A stretch of 64,000 nt of DNA, taken from contig JAUCBJ010009051.1 of the NCBI GenBank assembly GCA_032718475.1, positions 41,181 through 105,180 of the forward strand. The letters run 5' to 3'. Below are positions 15,781 to 29,100 of this stretch, one piece after another. Both the position numbers and the translations under genes were made by a program. The notes under the pieces were generated by a model. The model was given only the letters and a program-made list of their open reading frames with translations. It had not been told where the DNA came from and searched no databases. Each line of letters begins with the position of its first letter. Position 1 is the first letter of the stretch. The DNA comes from Nemertoderma westbladi (lineage: Eukaryota; Animalia; Xenacoelomorpha).

Positions 15781-16070
15781 CTTTATTTGCAAACTAACAA
15801 AAAGTTAATTTTCTTCGCCACTAGGCCAGGGATTACGCACAAAGTCTGACGACTTATTTCCAATGGGGTACGGTCCCCCCAGAACTTTACTCCCCTGAAG
15901 AAACTCCAGTACTCATTTACCTACTACTTAAGGATTCAAGGCAGAGATGCGCCCTGCTGGTCCCTTCAAAGTATTCGTGCCGAAACGAAAACTTCCCTGG
16001 CCCTTGTGAGGATCGAACCCAAAACCTACAGAAGATGTGAATTCAATGCAACCACTACACCGAGGTGGAA
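15781..16070 (-). mobile_element. tRNA-derived SINE (putative)
   Basis: Minus strand has an A-box-like CGGTGTAGTGG (~16062-16052) and a B box GGTTCGATCC (16019-16010), followed by a ~230-nt non-tRNA body ending near AAATAAA. Boundaries are approximate. Confidence 0.6.
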
Positions 16071-16233
16071 CCTGGTGTGATTTGTTTGTTGGTGTGATCA
16101 GTAAAATTTCAGGGCGAAATGTTTATTAATTCGTAATTAACTAATGAATATATGACGTATTAATTATAATATTAAGGTGGGATATAAGGGTCTAGGCCGT
16201 CTCACCGGTCATATAAAGTATTCTCACCCGTCA

Positions 16234-16452
<219 letters not shown>

Positions 16453-16586
16453 CTACAGGAGATAAACACCATATTTAGAGGTCTAGAGGCCACACCACAC
16501 CACCCCCGAGACCCATTGTGTCTACGGTGCTATGACAACGCAGGTTGTTCGCAGGAATAAAGTAGTACAAGGTATTTCAATGCTAC

Positions 16587-17745
16587 TTAACCCTATTACC
16601 ACTGGGGGGGGGGGGGGGGGGGGCGAATCGGCCCCTTCCTAGTTTTTAGTTGCTGTAACTATGCAACCACATTACGTACCGGCCCAATTTTTTGTGAGAA
16701 TTAGCCAAATTTAATGCCGCATCTTTTGCAAAAAACGCCGTTGCAATTGGATTTCTACTTTTCGATGTGGGTGCCACCACAAAATTTGGTCTACAGCACC
16801 AAATTTTTTGAAATTTTCGAATTTTACAAAGTCATTCGTGATTTAGTAATTATTTATGTTTGGGCTATTTTTATTTATTTTTATTGGTTTGGATCACTCT
16901 AATGCTCTATACAAGTACGTAAGTGTAGTGGTTCGCCATTTTTGGTGCACCAAAATTAGGGCGTGGCACTTCAAATTTTGAAAAATACGAGATTCGGAAA
17001 ATTCACTAAAGTTTTGATTTCAAATTAATTTTATAGGTTTTCTGGAGCGCTGAATCGATTGAAAGTATTATAGAAGCATCAAATCCTTTGTGTACGTAAT
17101 TTTCGGTGCACCAAAATTAGGGCGTGGCACTTCAAATTTTCAAAATTACTTTATTCGGAAAAAACACTATAAAGTTTTGATTTCAAAAAATGGCTAACTT
17201 CTAAGTCTTCAGGCTTCTATATTACTTTCAATCGATTCAGCGGTCTGGAAAACCTATATAAATTCGTTAAAATTTAAATTTGGGTTTATTTTCCGAATCT
17301 CGTATTTTTCAAAATTTGAAGTGCCACGCCCTAATTTTGGTGCACCAAAAATGGCGAACCACTCAGTCTTCAGGCTTCTATATTACTTTCAATCGATTCA
17401 GCGGCCCAGAAAACCCATAAAGATGCGTTGAAATAAAAAAATTAGGGGCATTTTCTGAATATCTAATTTTTCAAAATTTGAAGTGCCACGCCCACTTCTT
17501 AGGTGCACGAAAAATAGCATCCACTTTTTTGGAAGTGGAATATAATCACATTCGATTCAGCGTCTTGAAAAACCTACTAAATCTAGCCAACACTGCCACA
17601 CTATTAGTTTTTAGAAAACGAAAAATTTTGTAATTTTGTCCTGGGACTACTTTTATTTTTCATCAAAATTATGAGTCCCTGCTTATGAAATATTAATTTT
17701 TTAAGGTTTGGTAGTGTTCATCTATAATTACCATGGAAGTTAGCA
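16587..17745. mobile_element. Non-autonomous DNA-transposon-like (MITE/foldback) sequence with internal direct and inverted repeats
   Basis: Starts TTAACCCT followed by a poly-G run (piggyBac-type end). A module containing GGTGCACCAAAATTAGGGCGTGGCACTTCAAATTT occurs twice forward (~16940, ~17100) and twice inverted (~17315, ~17475). No matching right TIR was found. Confidence 0.55.
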
Positions 17746-17754
17746 CCTAGCAGT

Positions 17755-20700
17755 TTGCAGGACCACTATTGTCTGTGTCTTAAACAACTAGCATCATTAA
17801 TACACAGATTACAGAAGATGGGCATTTTACAAAGATATCATGACGTCATAACGGATCATCTTTCCAAAGGCTATATCGAACCAGTAGATCATAGGGAACC
17901 AATAAGTAAGGATCAAGTAGCACATTACATTCCACATCATGGGGTGTTGAGAGAAACTCGATTAAGCACAAAATTAAGAGTTGTATTTAATGCATCAGCT
18001 AGAACATTTCCTACCGACCTATCATTGAATGATTGTTTAGAATCTGGCTCGCATTTATTTCCAAATTTGTGTCATTCATTGCTACACTTCAGGCTTCACA
18101 GCATAGGAATCACTGCCGATATTGAACAAGCCTTCCTACGCTGCCAGGTAAATGAAAATGATCAAAACTGTTTACGTTTTTTGTGGATTAAAAGCTGCTC
18201 AGGCATTGTTATTGAAGAAGCAAACATACAGGCATATCGATACACAAGGGCTCTTTTTGGGCTCACTTGTTCACCTCATATTTTGGGAGGGATTGTAAAG
18301 CACCATTTGGACATAGAATCAGAAAGAACGGATCTACAACAGAGTGAAAGGGATGCTATTGAGAAGTTGCGTGAGATTCATGTGGACGATTTATGTTCAG
18401 GAGCCAATTCGGTAGAAGAAGGTAGATTGTTGCAAACAACATGCAAATCTATTTTAGGACGGGCGGGATTTAAAATTAGACGGTGGACCACAAATAGTTG
18501 TGAGTTACAAAGAATGTTTAATACAGTTGAAGAAAGGGCAAGCAACTGTAATAATCGCACAGCAGAAAGTATAATTGAGGAAGATCAATCATTTGCAAAA
18601 ACGAATCTCAGTTTATCACCACCTCAAACGAATACTGTAAGACGCGTGCTTGGTCAATGTTGGGATTTGTCAACAGATACACTTGGCTATGACGTTTTGC
18701 CAGTATATAGCTTTATTGCAACTCTCCCTTTAACAAAAAAAGTCATTCTTCAACTTTCAGCAAGGTTGTACGACCCTCTTGGTTTACTTTCACCATTTAC
18801 GGCTCAATTTAAGGTCATGTTTCAAGAACTTTGTAAGACTAAAGTAAGTTTAGAGTGGAATAGTCCATTACCAGATCATATGGTTAAGGTATTCAAGAAA
18901 TGGTTAGAAGATATACCTCATATAAATAATATAACTGTGCCACGATATCTATTTGACACTACAAGAGACATTGCTACGTTTGAAATACACGGATTCTCAG
19001 ACGCTAGCAAATATATTTATGCAGGTGTGGCATATATTCGCACAACTTACACAGATAACACATCAAGTGTGAAACTATTAGCATCGAAAGCAAAGGTTAA
19101 CCCAGTACCAAAAAAGGGAAACTCTTTGGGTACACCACGACTCGAACTCTTAGGAGCACTCATTATGATAAGATTAATTACATTTGTCAAACAAGGTCTA
19201 AAATTACCATGCAAAGTTTACTTGTGGTCAGATGCAGTAGATGTAATTTACTGGATAAAAGCGACTAGTTCAAACTGCAAACAGTGGGTTCAATCCAGGG
19301 TTACGGAGATACGTTCATTAACTCAACAATTGAAAGGCCAGTGGCGGTTTTGTCCAGGAATACAAAATCCGGCCGACTTACCCACAAGAGGTATGACAGT
19401 AGAACAACTCATAAAGGCAACTACTTGGTTCAATGGCCCAAAGTTCTTAAGCGCAGAAGAGGAAACTTGGCCGAACAAATTAGTTATAGATCCAATAGAG
19501 GTATCCCAAGATTGTCTAAAGGAATTCAAATCATCCATTGTAGCTGTTACGACCATTAAATCACCCGATGAAGTTATTAGCAATTGTTTCCCATACTCCA
19601 ATTATAGCAATCATACTGTAATTATACGAAAGCTTGCGTGGGTGCTCAGGTTTGTGAGCAACATTCGAGCTAGCATACACAAACATCCGCTTTCCCTAAG
19701 TGTAGTTCCTTCGGCAGAAGAAATGACTCAAGCGGAAATTACACTACTTCGAATGATACAATTAGAACATTATAAACCAGAATTAGAATACTTGCAACAA
19801 CCGAAACGTGGTCGATGTCCAAACATTATTAAGCAATTAAACTTATTTATTGACCACCAAGGTGTATTACGCTCCAAAGGTAGAGCACAGACCCCATACT
19901 TAACATGGCAGGCTCAAAATCCAATACTACTCCCACCGAAAGATCATTTCACTAAGCTAGTAATTTTAAATGCTCATCATAAAGTTATGCATTCACGTGT
20001 AAGAGACACGCTGGTACAAATACGGGAAAGATATTGGATCCCCCGAGCGCGTCAAGTCATTAAGAATGTTTTACGAAACTGTGTAACCTGTAAAAGAACA
20101 CAAGGCAGACCTTATACAAAACAGGAAACAAGTCCTTTGCCCATTGAACGCATGACTATCGACACAAGTCCCTTTACTAATGTCGGGATAGATTTTGCAG
20201 GACCAGTGATGGCAGTTAGATCTCTTTCCGATCCGATCGGTTCAACATTTAAGGTTTATATATGTCTGTTCACTTGTGTCGTAGTAAGAGCAGTGCACTT
20301 GGAACTCGTGACCAGCTTAAGTGTTGCAGCATTTATCAGTGCATTCCGACGATTTATAGCAAGACGTGGAGTTCCAGCATTAATTTTTAGTGACAATGCT
20401 TCTACATTCAAACGATCAGCAGCAGATATCAAACTGTATAACAAATTTCTTGACAGTGACATAGTACGCAAGGAGTTTGGAGAACTCTTAACAAAATGGG
20501 TATTTAATGTAGAACGCTACCCGGCGGCATATGGCTTTATAGAGCGTTTGGTCGGTGTGACCAAAGGAGTTCTTCGCAAGACGTTAGGGAGAGCAGTTTT
20601 AACTGAAGAGGAAATTCGTACTGTACTTACATCATGTGAGGCAGTTGTTAATAGCAGACCACTAACCTTTATTTATAGCGACAGCAAAGAAAATTACCAG

Positions 20701-21291
20701 ATATTGACACCCAGCCATTTCTTGGTAGGAAAAAGACTTTGTGCACTTCCATCCCCTACCGTAAAATCAATTAATCTAGATTTGTCTCGAACGAATCTTA
20801 TAAATCGACTTAAATATCAAGAAAGAGCGTCCAATTTATATTGGAAATTATTTCGTGAAGAATACGTCGCAGAACTTCGGCAACACCATCGTTCCCAAAA
20901 TCACAATAACAGGAACACAATCATCCCTAAGGTTGGAGATATGTGTTTACTTCTTGATGAAAAACTTCCAAGATGTCTCTGGAAGTTGTGTATGGTTAAC
21001 AAGTTGATAGTAAGTCGTGATGGAGTTATTCGCGCAATAACAGTAAATGTTGCTGAAAGAGGTCGGGAAGCAAGACTTCTTACTCGTTCCATACGTTATG
21101 TTATTCTATTGGAAATAACAGCGGACAAACCAACTGACACGACTATTAAACCAGATAAAGATAATCTCAAGCCAGTTCTTCCAGTAGAAAATAAGATAAC
21201 AAACGATGAGACAGCGATCATAACTGACAATTCTCGTCTTTCACGCTTGGCTAAGAGAAAAATAAAACCAGGATTTTACAATGCAAAATAA
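17755..21291 (+). CDS. BEL/Pao LTR retrotransposon pol (RT, RNase H, integrase), 5'-truncated
   Basis: Motifs YIPHHGV, LRVVFNAS, ADIEQAF, HVDD, HGFSDAS, PRLEL, NPADLPTRG, an HHCC zinc finger, DFAGP, SDNA and NSRPL in BEL/Pao domain order. No gag or protease; the TTG start is an artefact. Confidence 0.95.
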   Translation: MQDHYCLCLKQLASLIHRLQKMGILQRYHDVITDHLSKGYIEPVDHREPISKDQVAHYIPHHGVLRETRLSTKLRVVFNASARTFPTDLSLNDCLESGSHLFPNLCHSLLHFRLHSIGITADIEQAFLRCQVNENDQNCLRFLWIKSCSGIVIEEANIQAYRYTRALFGLTCSPHILGGIVKHHLDIESERTDLQQSERDAIEKLREIHVDDLCSGANSVEEGRLLQTTCKSILGRAGFKIRRWTTNSCELQRMFNTVEERASNCNNRTAESIIEEDQSFAKTNLSLSPPQTNTVRRVLGQCWDLSTDTLGYDVLPVYSFIATLPLTKKVILQLSARLYDPLGLLSPFTAQFKVMFQELCKTKVSLEWNSPLPDHMVKVFKKWLEDIPHINNITVPRYLFDTTRDIATFEIHGFSDASKYIYAGVAYIRTTYTDNTSSVKLLASKAKVNPVPKKGNSLGTPRLELLGALIMIRLITFVKQGLKLPCKVYLWSDAVDVIYWIKATSSNCKQWVQSRVTEIRSLTQQLKGQWRFCPGIQNPADLPTRGMTVEQLIKATTWFNGPKFLSAEEETWPNKLVIDPIEVSQDCLKEFKSSIVAVTTIKSPDEVISNCFPYSNYSNHTVIIRKLAWVLRFVSNIRASIHKHPLSLSVVPSAEEMTQAEITLLRMIQLEHYKPELEYLQQPKRGRCPNIIKQLNLFIDHQGVLRSKGRAQTPYLTWQAQNPILLPPKDHFTKLVILNAHHKVMHSRVRDTLVQIRERYWIPRARQVIKNVLRNCVTCKRTQGRPYTKQETSPLPIERMTIDTSPFTNVGIDFAGPVMAVRSLSDPIGSTFKVYICLFTCVVVRAVHLELVTSLSVAAFISAFRRFIARRGVPALIFSDNASTFKRSAADIKLYNKFLDSDIVRKEFGELLTKWVFNVERYPAAYGFIERLVGVTKGVLRKTLGRAVLTEEEIRTVLTSCEAVVNSRPLTFIYSDSKENYQILTPSHFLVGKRLCALPSPTVKSINLDLSRTNLINRLKYQERASNLYWKLFREEYVAELRQHHRSQNHNNRNTIIPKVGDMCLLLDEKLPRCLWKLCMVNKLIVSRDGVIRAITVNVAERGREARLLTRSIRYVILLEITADKPTDTTIKPDKDNLKPVLPVENKITNDETAIITDNSRLSRLAKRKIKPGFYNAK

Positions 21292-21568
21292 TTACATACA
21301 GTATTGAACAAATTCGAGTTGGATTATGTAACTTTATCATATATTTAGTGAATAATTGTGTTCTACTTAGTATTATACAAGTAAGATTATTGTTTATATA
21401 GCGGAAACGTATGTAAGTTTATGTAGTACTGTAAATGAAAATTACTTTCAATTTACAATTATGTACTGTAGAATTTATTTATTGTGTTGAGGGATAAATC
21501 ATATCAGTACAGTAGTGTTATGTAATTATTTTATTGATTTAGATTTTGCATGATATGCAAGGGAGGAG

Positions 21569-21850
21569 TGTCGTGCAATATATTATTTTATCCACTTATG
21601 AGATCATACCTCACACTTACATTAATTGATTTACTGTGCAAACAATATGATACAAGTTACAGTACCACTTTATGTGCCAACATGTGTTCGACTCATACTA
21701 TAATTAATTTGATATATGAAGTATTGTGGTGACGGGATTTGTGTAGATTAATTAACATTTATATTATCAAGAAAACAGTAAAGTTTTACATTAAAAGATC
21801 ATTTTCCATTACAACCAAGTAATTGGTTGATACTTGATACATGTACGACA
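21569..21850 (+). mobile_element. 3' LTR of the BEL/Pao element (282 bp)
   Basis: Polypurine tract AAGGGAGGAG (21559-21568) directly precedes TGTCGTGCA. The segment ends TGTACGACA (8/9 inverted termini, TG...CA) and abuts the 20-bp satellite. Confidence 0.85.
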
Positions 21851-22395
21851 ACTGCAGTGTACTTTACTTTACTGCAGTGTACTTTACTTTACTGCAGTGT
21901 ACTTTATTTTACTGCAATGTACATCACTTTACTGCAGTGTACTTTACTTTACTGCAGTGTTCTTTACCTTACTCCCAGTGTACATTACTTTACTGCAGTG
22001 TACTTTACTTTAAGGCAGTGTACTTTACTTTACTTCAGTGTACTTTACTTTACTGCAGTGTACTTTACTTTACTGCAGTGTACTTTACATTACAGCAGTG
22101 TACTTTACTTTACTGCAGTGTACTTTACTTTACTGCAGTGTACTTTACTTTACTGCAGTGTACTTTACTTTACTGCAGTGTACTTTACTTTACTGCAGTG
22201 TACTTTACTTTACTGCAGTGTACTTTACTTTACTGCAGTGTACTTTACTTTACTGCAGTGTACTTTACTTTACTGCAGTGTACTTTACTTTACTGCAGTG
22301 TACTTTACTTTACTGCAGTGTACTTTATTTTACTGCAATGTACATTACTTTACTGCAGTGTACTTTACTTTACTGCAGTGTACTTTACCTACTGC
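21851..22395. repeat. 20-bp satellite (ACTGCAGTGTACTTTACTTT), small block
   Basis: About 27 tandem copies. Confidence 0.97.
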
Positions 22396-23167
22396 TTAAG
22401 GAACGACTATCTCCCCCAGAAGTCTCAGCAGTTTCTCAAATGTCAGCTAATTTTATTTCAAACACTTTTTCAATACCAGGTGTATCTTTTCGTTCAAAGC
22501 ATAAGCACATAAAAGAATATTTCAGAATATTTGAATTATGAGATATGATAGCCTGTGAATTTTCCATTTTAAGTTGCATTATGTCGCGCACTTAGTAGCC
22601 TATTTTGTTATGTAAACCAAGTAGATTACACTGTACTTGTGCAGTTTCTAGATCTAAGGAGATTTACCCTCTGTATTTTCGCGATCTTGGGTTCCATACA
22701 GTATGTCGTGCATTTTAGCGGTAGGAGACTACCCACCCAGTACCCAGTGCAGATTTCTCGGGTTTCTAAATGTAAATCTAGTAGGAGTCTACCCAGTACC
22801 CAGTGCAGATTTCTCGATTTTGATCGTGTTATGTTTGATTTTGTTTGATTCAATTGTTTAATTTTAAACCTAGCAGGATTTTAGTACACGAGGTCTATTA
22901 TATATCCTGATATTTGTGGTTTTAATGTCACTTCACAATTAGGGTAGTGAAAAGACGTGATGCTTTTTGGTTTTGGGTGCATTTAGAATGCCGTGCTGTG
23001 TAACCCCATTTAACGGTAACTTACCTACCATTTTATTACTGTACATTTTAACCTTCACTTTCAATGCGGTTTTAATGTTTTGATGATTTTTAAGTTTTTA
23101 CTGTTTGAATAAATGCCAGCTAGACTGGTGCTGCGCGCGTTTGCGCGATAATCTAAAAAATCTAATC
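22396..23167. other. Unique ~770-bp interruption of the 20-bp satellite, probably a non-autonomous transposon remnant
   Basis: Begins TTAAGG. Contains an internal direct repeat TAGGAG..CCCAGTACCCAGTGCAGATTTCTCG (~22722, ~22782). No coding similarity recognised and no paired TIR seen. Confidence 0.35.
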
Positions 23168-26100
23168 TTACTCCCAGTGTACATTACTTTACTGCAGTGT
23201 ACTTTACTTTAAGGCAGTGTACTTTACTTTACTTCAGTGTACTTTACTTTACTGCAGTGTACTTTACTTTACTGCAGTGTACTTTACTTTACAGCAGTGT
23301 AATTTACTTTACTGCAGTGTACTTTACTTTACTGCAGTGTACTTTACTTTACTGCAGTGTACTTTACTTTACTGCAGTGTACTTTACTTTACTGCAGTGT
23401 ACTTTACTTTACTGCAGTGTACTTTACTTTACTGCAGTGTACTTTACTTTACAGCAGTGTACTTTACTTTACTGCAGTGTACTTTACTTTACTGCAGTGT
23501 ACTTTACTTTACAGCAGTGTACTTTACTTTACTACAGTGCACTTTACTTTACTGCAGTGTACTTTACTTTACTGCAGTGTACTTTACTTTACTGCAGTGT
23601 ACATTACTTTACTGCAGTGTACTTTACTTTACAGCAGTGTACTTTACTTTACTGCAGTGTACTTTACTTTACTGCAGTGTACTTTACTTTACAGCAGTGT
23701 ACTTTACTTTACTACAGTGCACTTTACTTTACTGCAGTGTACTTTACTTTACTGCAGTGTACTTTACTTTACTGCAGTGTACATTACTTTACTGCAGTGT
23801 ACTTTACTTTACAGCAGTGTACTTTACTTTACAGCAGTGTACTTTACTTTACTGCAGTGTACTTTACTTTACTACAGTGCACTTTACTTTACTGCAGTGT
23901 ACTTTACTTTACTGCAGTGTAGTTTACTTTACTGCAGTGTACTTTACTTTACTGCAGTGTACTTTACTTTACTGCAGTGTACTTTACTTTACTGCAGTGT
24001 ACTTTACTTTACTGCAGTGTACTTTACTTTACTGCAGTGTACTTTACTTTACTGCAGTGTACTTTACTTTACTGCAGTGTACTTTACTTTACTGCAGTGT
24101 ACTTTACTTTACTGCAGTGTACTTTACTTTACTGCAGTGTACTTTACTTTACTGCAGTGTACTTTACTTTACTGCAGTGTACTTTACTTTACTGCAGTGT
24201 ACTTTACTTTACTGCAGTGTACTTTACTTTACTGCAGTGTACTTTACTTTACTGCAGTGTACTTTACTTTACTGCAGTGTACTTTACTTTACTGCAGTGT
24301 ACTTTACTTTACTGCAGTGTACTTTACTTTACTGCAGTGTACTTTACCTTACTCCCAGTGTACATTACTTTACTGCAGTGTACTTTACTTTACTGCAGTG
24401 TATCTTTACCTTACTCCCAGTGTACATTACTTTACTGCAGTGTACTTTACTTTACTGCAGTGTACTTTACTTTACTTCAGTGTACTTTACTTTACTGCAG
24501 TGTACTTTACTTTACTGCAGTGTACTTTACTTTACAGCAGTGTACTTTACTTTACTGCAGTGTACTTTACTTTACTGCAGTGTACTTTACTTTACTGCAG
24601 TGTACTTTACTTTACTGCAGTGTACTTTACTTTACTGCAGTGTACTTTACTTTACTGCAGTGTACTTTACTTTACTGCAGTGTACTTTACTCTTACTCCG
24701 CAGTGTACTTTACTTTACTGCGGTGTACTTTACTTTACTGCAGTGTACTTTACTTTACAGCAGTGTACTTTACTTTACTGCAGTGTACTTTACTTTACTT
24801 CAGTGTACTTTACTTTACAGCAGTGTACTTTACTTTACTGCAGTGTACTTTACTTTACAGCAGTGTACTTTACTTTACTGCAGTGCACTTTACTTTACAG
24901 CAGTGTACTTTACTTTACTGCAGTGTACTTTACCTTACTCCCAGTGTACATTACTTTACTGCAGTGTACTTTACTTTACTGCAGTGTATTTTACCTTACT
25001 CCCAGTGTACATTACTTTACTGCAGTGTACTTTACTTTACTGCAGTGTACTTTACTTTACTGCAGTGCACTTTACTTTACTGCAGTGTACTTTACTTTAC
25101 AGCAGTGTACTTTACTTTACAGCAGTGTACTTTACTTTACAGCAGTGTACTTTACTTTACTGCAGTGTACTTTACTTTACTGCAGTGTACTTTACTTTAC
25201 TGCAGTGTACTTTACTTTACTGCAGTGTACTTTACTTTACTGCAGTGTACTTTACTTTACTGCAGTGTACTTTACTTTACTGCAGTGTACTTTACTTTAC
25301 AGCAGTGTACTTTACTTTACTGCAGTGTACTTTACTTTACTTCAGTGTACTTTACTTTACAGCAGTGTACTTTACTTTACTGCAGTGTACTTTACTTTAC
25401 AGCAGTGTACTTTACTTTACTGCAGTGCACTTTACTTTACAGCAGTGTACTTTACTTTACTGCAGTGTACTTTACCTTACTCCCAGTGTACATTACTTTA
25501 CTGCAGTGTACTTTACTTTACTGCAGTGTATTTTACCTTACTCCCAGTGTACATTACTTTACTGCAGTGTACTTTACTTTACTGCAGTGTACTTTACTTT
25601 ACTTCAGTGTACTTTACTTTACTGCAGTGTACTTTACTTTACTGCAGTGTACTTTACTTTACTGCAGTGCACTTTACTTTACTGCAGTGTACTTTACTTT
25701 ACTGCAGTGTACTTTACTTTACTGCAGTGTACTCTACTTTACTTCAGTGTACTTTACTTTACTGCAGTGTACTTTACTTTACTGCAGTGTACTTTACTTT
25801 ACTGCAGTGTACTTTACTTTACTGCAGTGTACATTACCTTACTGCAGTGTACATTACTTTACTGCAGTGTACTTTACCTTACTCCCAGTGTACATTACTT
25901 TACTGCGGTGTACTTTACTTTACTGCAGTGTACTTTACTTTACAGCAGTGTACTTTACTTTACTGCAGTGTACTTTACTTTACTTCAGTGTACTTTACTT
26001 TACAGCAGTGTACTTTACTTTACTGCAGTGTACTTTACTTTACAGCAGTGTACTTTACTTTACTGCAGTGCACTTTACTTTACAGCAGTGTACTTTACTT

Positions 26101-29100
26101 TACTGCAGTGTACTTTACCTTACTCCCAGTGTACATTACTTTACTGCAGTGTACTTTACTTTACTGCAGTGTATTTTACCTTACTCCCAGTGTACATTAC
26201 TTTACTGCAGTGTACTTTACTTTACTGCAGTGTACTTTACTTTACTGCAGTGCACTTTACTTTACTGCAGTGTACTTTACTTTACAGCAGTGTACTTTAC
26301 TTTACAGCAGTGTACTTTACTTTACAGCAGTGTACTTTACTTTACAGCAGTGTACTTTACTTTACTGCAGTGTACTTTACTTTACTGCAGTGTACTTTAC
26401 TTTACTGCAGTGTACTTTACTTTACTGCAGTGTACTTTACTTTACTGCAGTGTACTTTACTTTACTGCAGTGTACTTTACTTTACAGCAGTGTACTTTAC
26501 TTTACTGCAGTGTACTTTACTTTACTGCAGTGTACTTTACTTTACTGCAGTGTACTTTACTTTACTGCAGTGTACTTTACTTTACTGCAGTGTACTTTAC
26601 TTTACTGCAGTGTACTTTACTTTACTGCAGTGTACTTTACTTTACAGCAGTGTACTTTACTTTACAGCAGTGTACTTTACTTTACTGCAGTGTACTTTAC
26701 TTTACTGCAGTGTACTTTACTTTACTGCAGTGTACTTTACCTTACTGCAGTGTACTTTACTTTACTGCAGTGTACATTACTTTACTGCGGTGTACTTTAC
26801 TTTACTGCAGTGTACTTTACTTTACAGCAGTGTACTTTACTTTACTGCAGTGTACTTTACTTTACTGCAGTGCACTTTACTTTACTTCAGTGCACTTTAC
26901 TTTACTGCAGTGTACTTTACTTTACTGCAGTGTACTTTACTTTACTGCAGTGTACTTTACTTTACTTCAGTGTACTTTACTTTACAGCAGTGTACTTTAC
27001 TTTACTGCAGTGCACTTTACTTTACTTCAGTGCACTTTACTTTACAGCAGTGTACTTTACTTTACTGCAGTGTACTTTACTTTACTGCAGTGTACTTTAC
27101 TTTACTGCAGTGTACTTTACTTTACTGCAGTGTACTTTACTTTACTGCAGTGTACTTTACTTTACAGCAGTGTACTTTACTTTACTGCAGTGTACTTTAC
27201 TTTACAGCAGTATACTTTACTTTACTGCAGTGTACTTTACTTTACTGCAGTGTACTTTACTTTACTGCAGTGTACTTTACTTTACTGCAGTGTACTTTAC
27301 TTTACTACAGTGTACTTTACTTTACAGCAGTGTACTTTACTTTACAGCAGTGTACTTTACTTTACTGCAGTGTACTTTACTTTACTGCAGTGTACTTTAC
27401 TTTACTGCAGTGTACTTTACTTTACAGCAGTGTACTTTACTTTACTTCAGTGTACTTTACTTTACTGCAGTGTACTTTACTTTACTGCAGTGTACTTTAC
27501 CTTACTGCTGTGTACTTTACTTTACTGCAGTGTACTTTACTTTACTGCAGTGTACTTTACTTTACTGCAGTGTACTCTACTTGACTTCAGTGTACTTTAC
27601 TTTACTGCAGTGTACATTACTTTACTGCAGTGTACTTTACCTTACTCCCAGTGTACTTTACTTTGCTGCAGTGTACTTTACTTTACTGCAGTGTACTTTA
27701 CTTTACTTCAGTGTACTTTACTTTACTTCAGTGTACTTTACTTTACTGCAGTGTACTTTACTTTACTTCAGTGTACTTTACCTTACTGCAGTGTACATTA
27801 CTTTACTGCAGTGTACTTTACCTTACTCCCAGTGTACATTACTTTACTGCGGTGTACTTTACTTTACTGCAGTGTACTTTACTTTACAGCAGTGTACTTT
27901 ACTTTACTGCAGTGTACTTTACTTTACTTCAGTGTACTTTACCTTACTGCAGTGTACATTACTTTACTGCAGTGTACTTTACCTTACTCCCAGTGTACAT
28001 TACTTTACTGCGGTGTACTTTACTTTACTTCAGTGCACTTTACTTTACTGCAGTGTACTTTACTTTACTGCAGTGTACTTTACTTTACTGCAGTGTACTT
28101 TACCTTACTCCCAGTGTACTTTACTTTGCTGCAGTGTACTTTACTTTACTGCAGTGTACTTTACTTTACTTCAGTGTACTTTACTTTACTTCAGTGTACT
28201 TTACTTTACTGCAGTGTACTTTACTTTACTTCAGTGTACTTTACCTTACTGCAGTGTACATTACTTTACTGCAGTGTACTTTACCTTACTCCCAGTGTAC
28301 ATTACTTTACTGCGGTGTACTTTACTTTACTGCAGTGTACTTTACTTTACAGCAGTGTACTTTACTTTACTGCAGTGTACTTTACTTTACTTCAGTGTAC
28401 TTTACCTTACTGCAGTGTANNNNNNNNNNNNNNNNNNNNNNNNNNNNNNNNNNNNNNNNNNNNNNNNNNNNNNNNNNNNNNNNNNNNNNNNNNNNNNNNN
28501 NNNNNNNNNNNNNNNNNNNATTACTTTACTGCAGTGTACTTTACCTTACTCCCAGTGTACATTACTTTACTGCGGTGTACTTTACTTTACTTCAGTGCAC
28601 TTTACTTTACTGCAGTGTACTTTACTTTACTGCAGTGTACTTTACTTTACTGCAGTGTACTTTACCTTACTCCCAGTGTACATTACTTTACTGCGGTGTA
28701 CTTTACTTTACTTCAGTGCACTTTACTTTACTGCAGTGTACTTTACTTTACTGCAGTGTACTTTACCTTACTGCAGTGTACTTTACCTTACTGCAGTGTA
28801 CTTTACTTTACTGCAGTGTACTTTACTTTACTGCAGTGTACTTTACTTTACTTCAGTGTACTTTACCTTACTGCAGTGTACATTACTTTACTGCAGTGTA
28901 CTTTACCTTACTCCCAGTGTACATTACTTTACTGCGGTGTACTTTACTTTACTTCAGTGCACTTTACTTTACTGCAGTGTACTTTACTTTACTGCAGTGT
29001 ACTTTACTTTACTGCAGTGTACTTTACTTTACTGCAGTGTACTTTACCTTACTGCAGTGTACTTTACCTTACTGCAGTGTACTTTACTTTACTGCAGTGT

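Noticed and set aside
16005-16070. tRNA gene
   Set aside because: A and B boxes are present, but I cannot fold a convincing cloverleaf, and the sequence continues into a SINE-like body.
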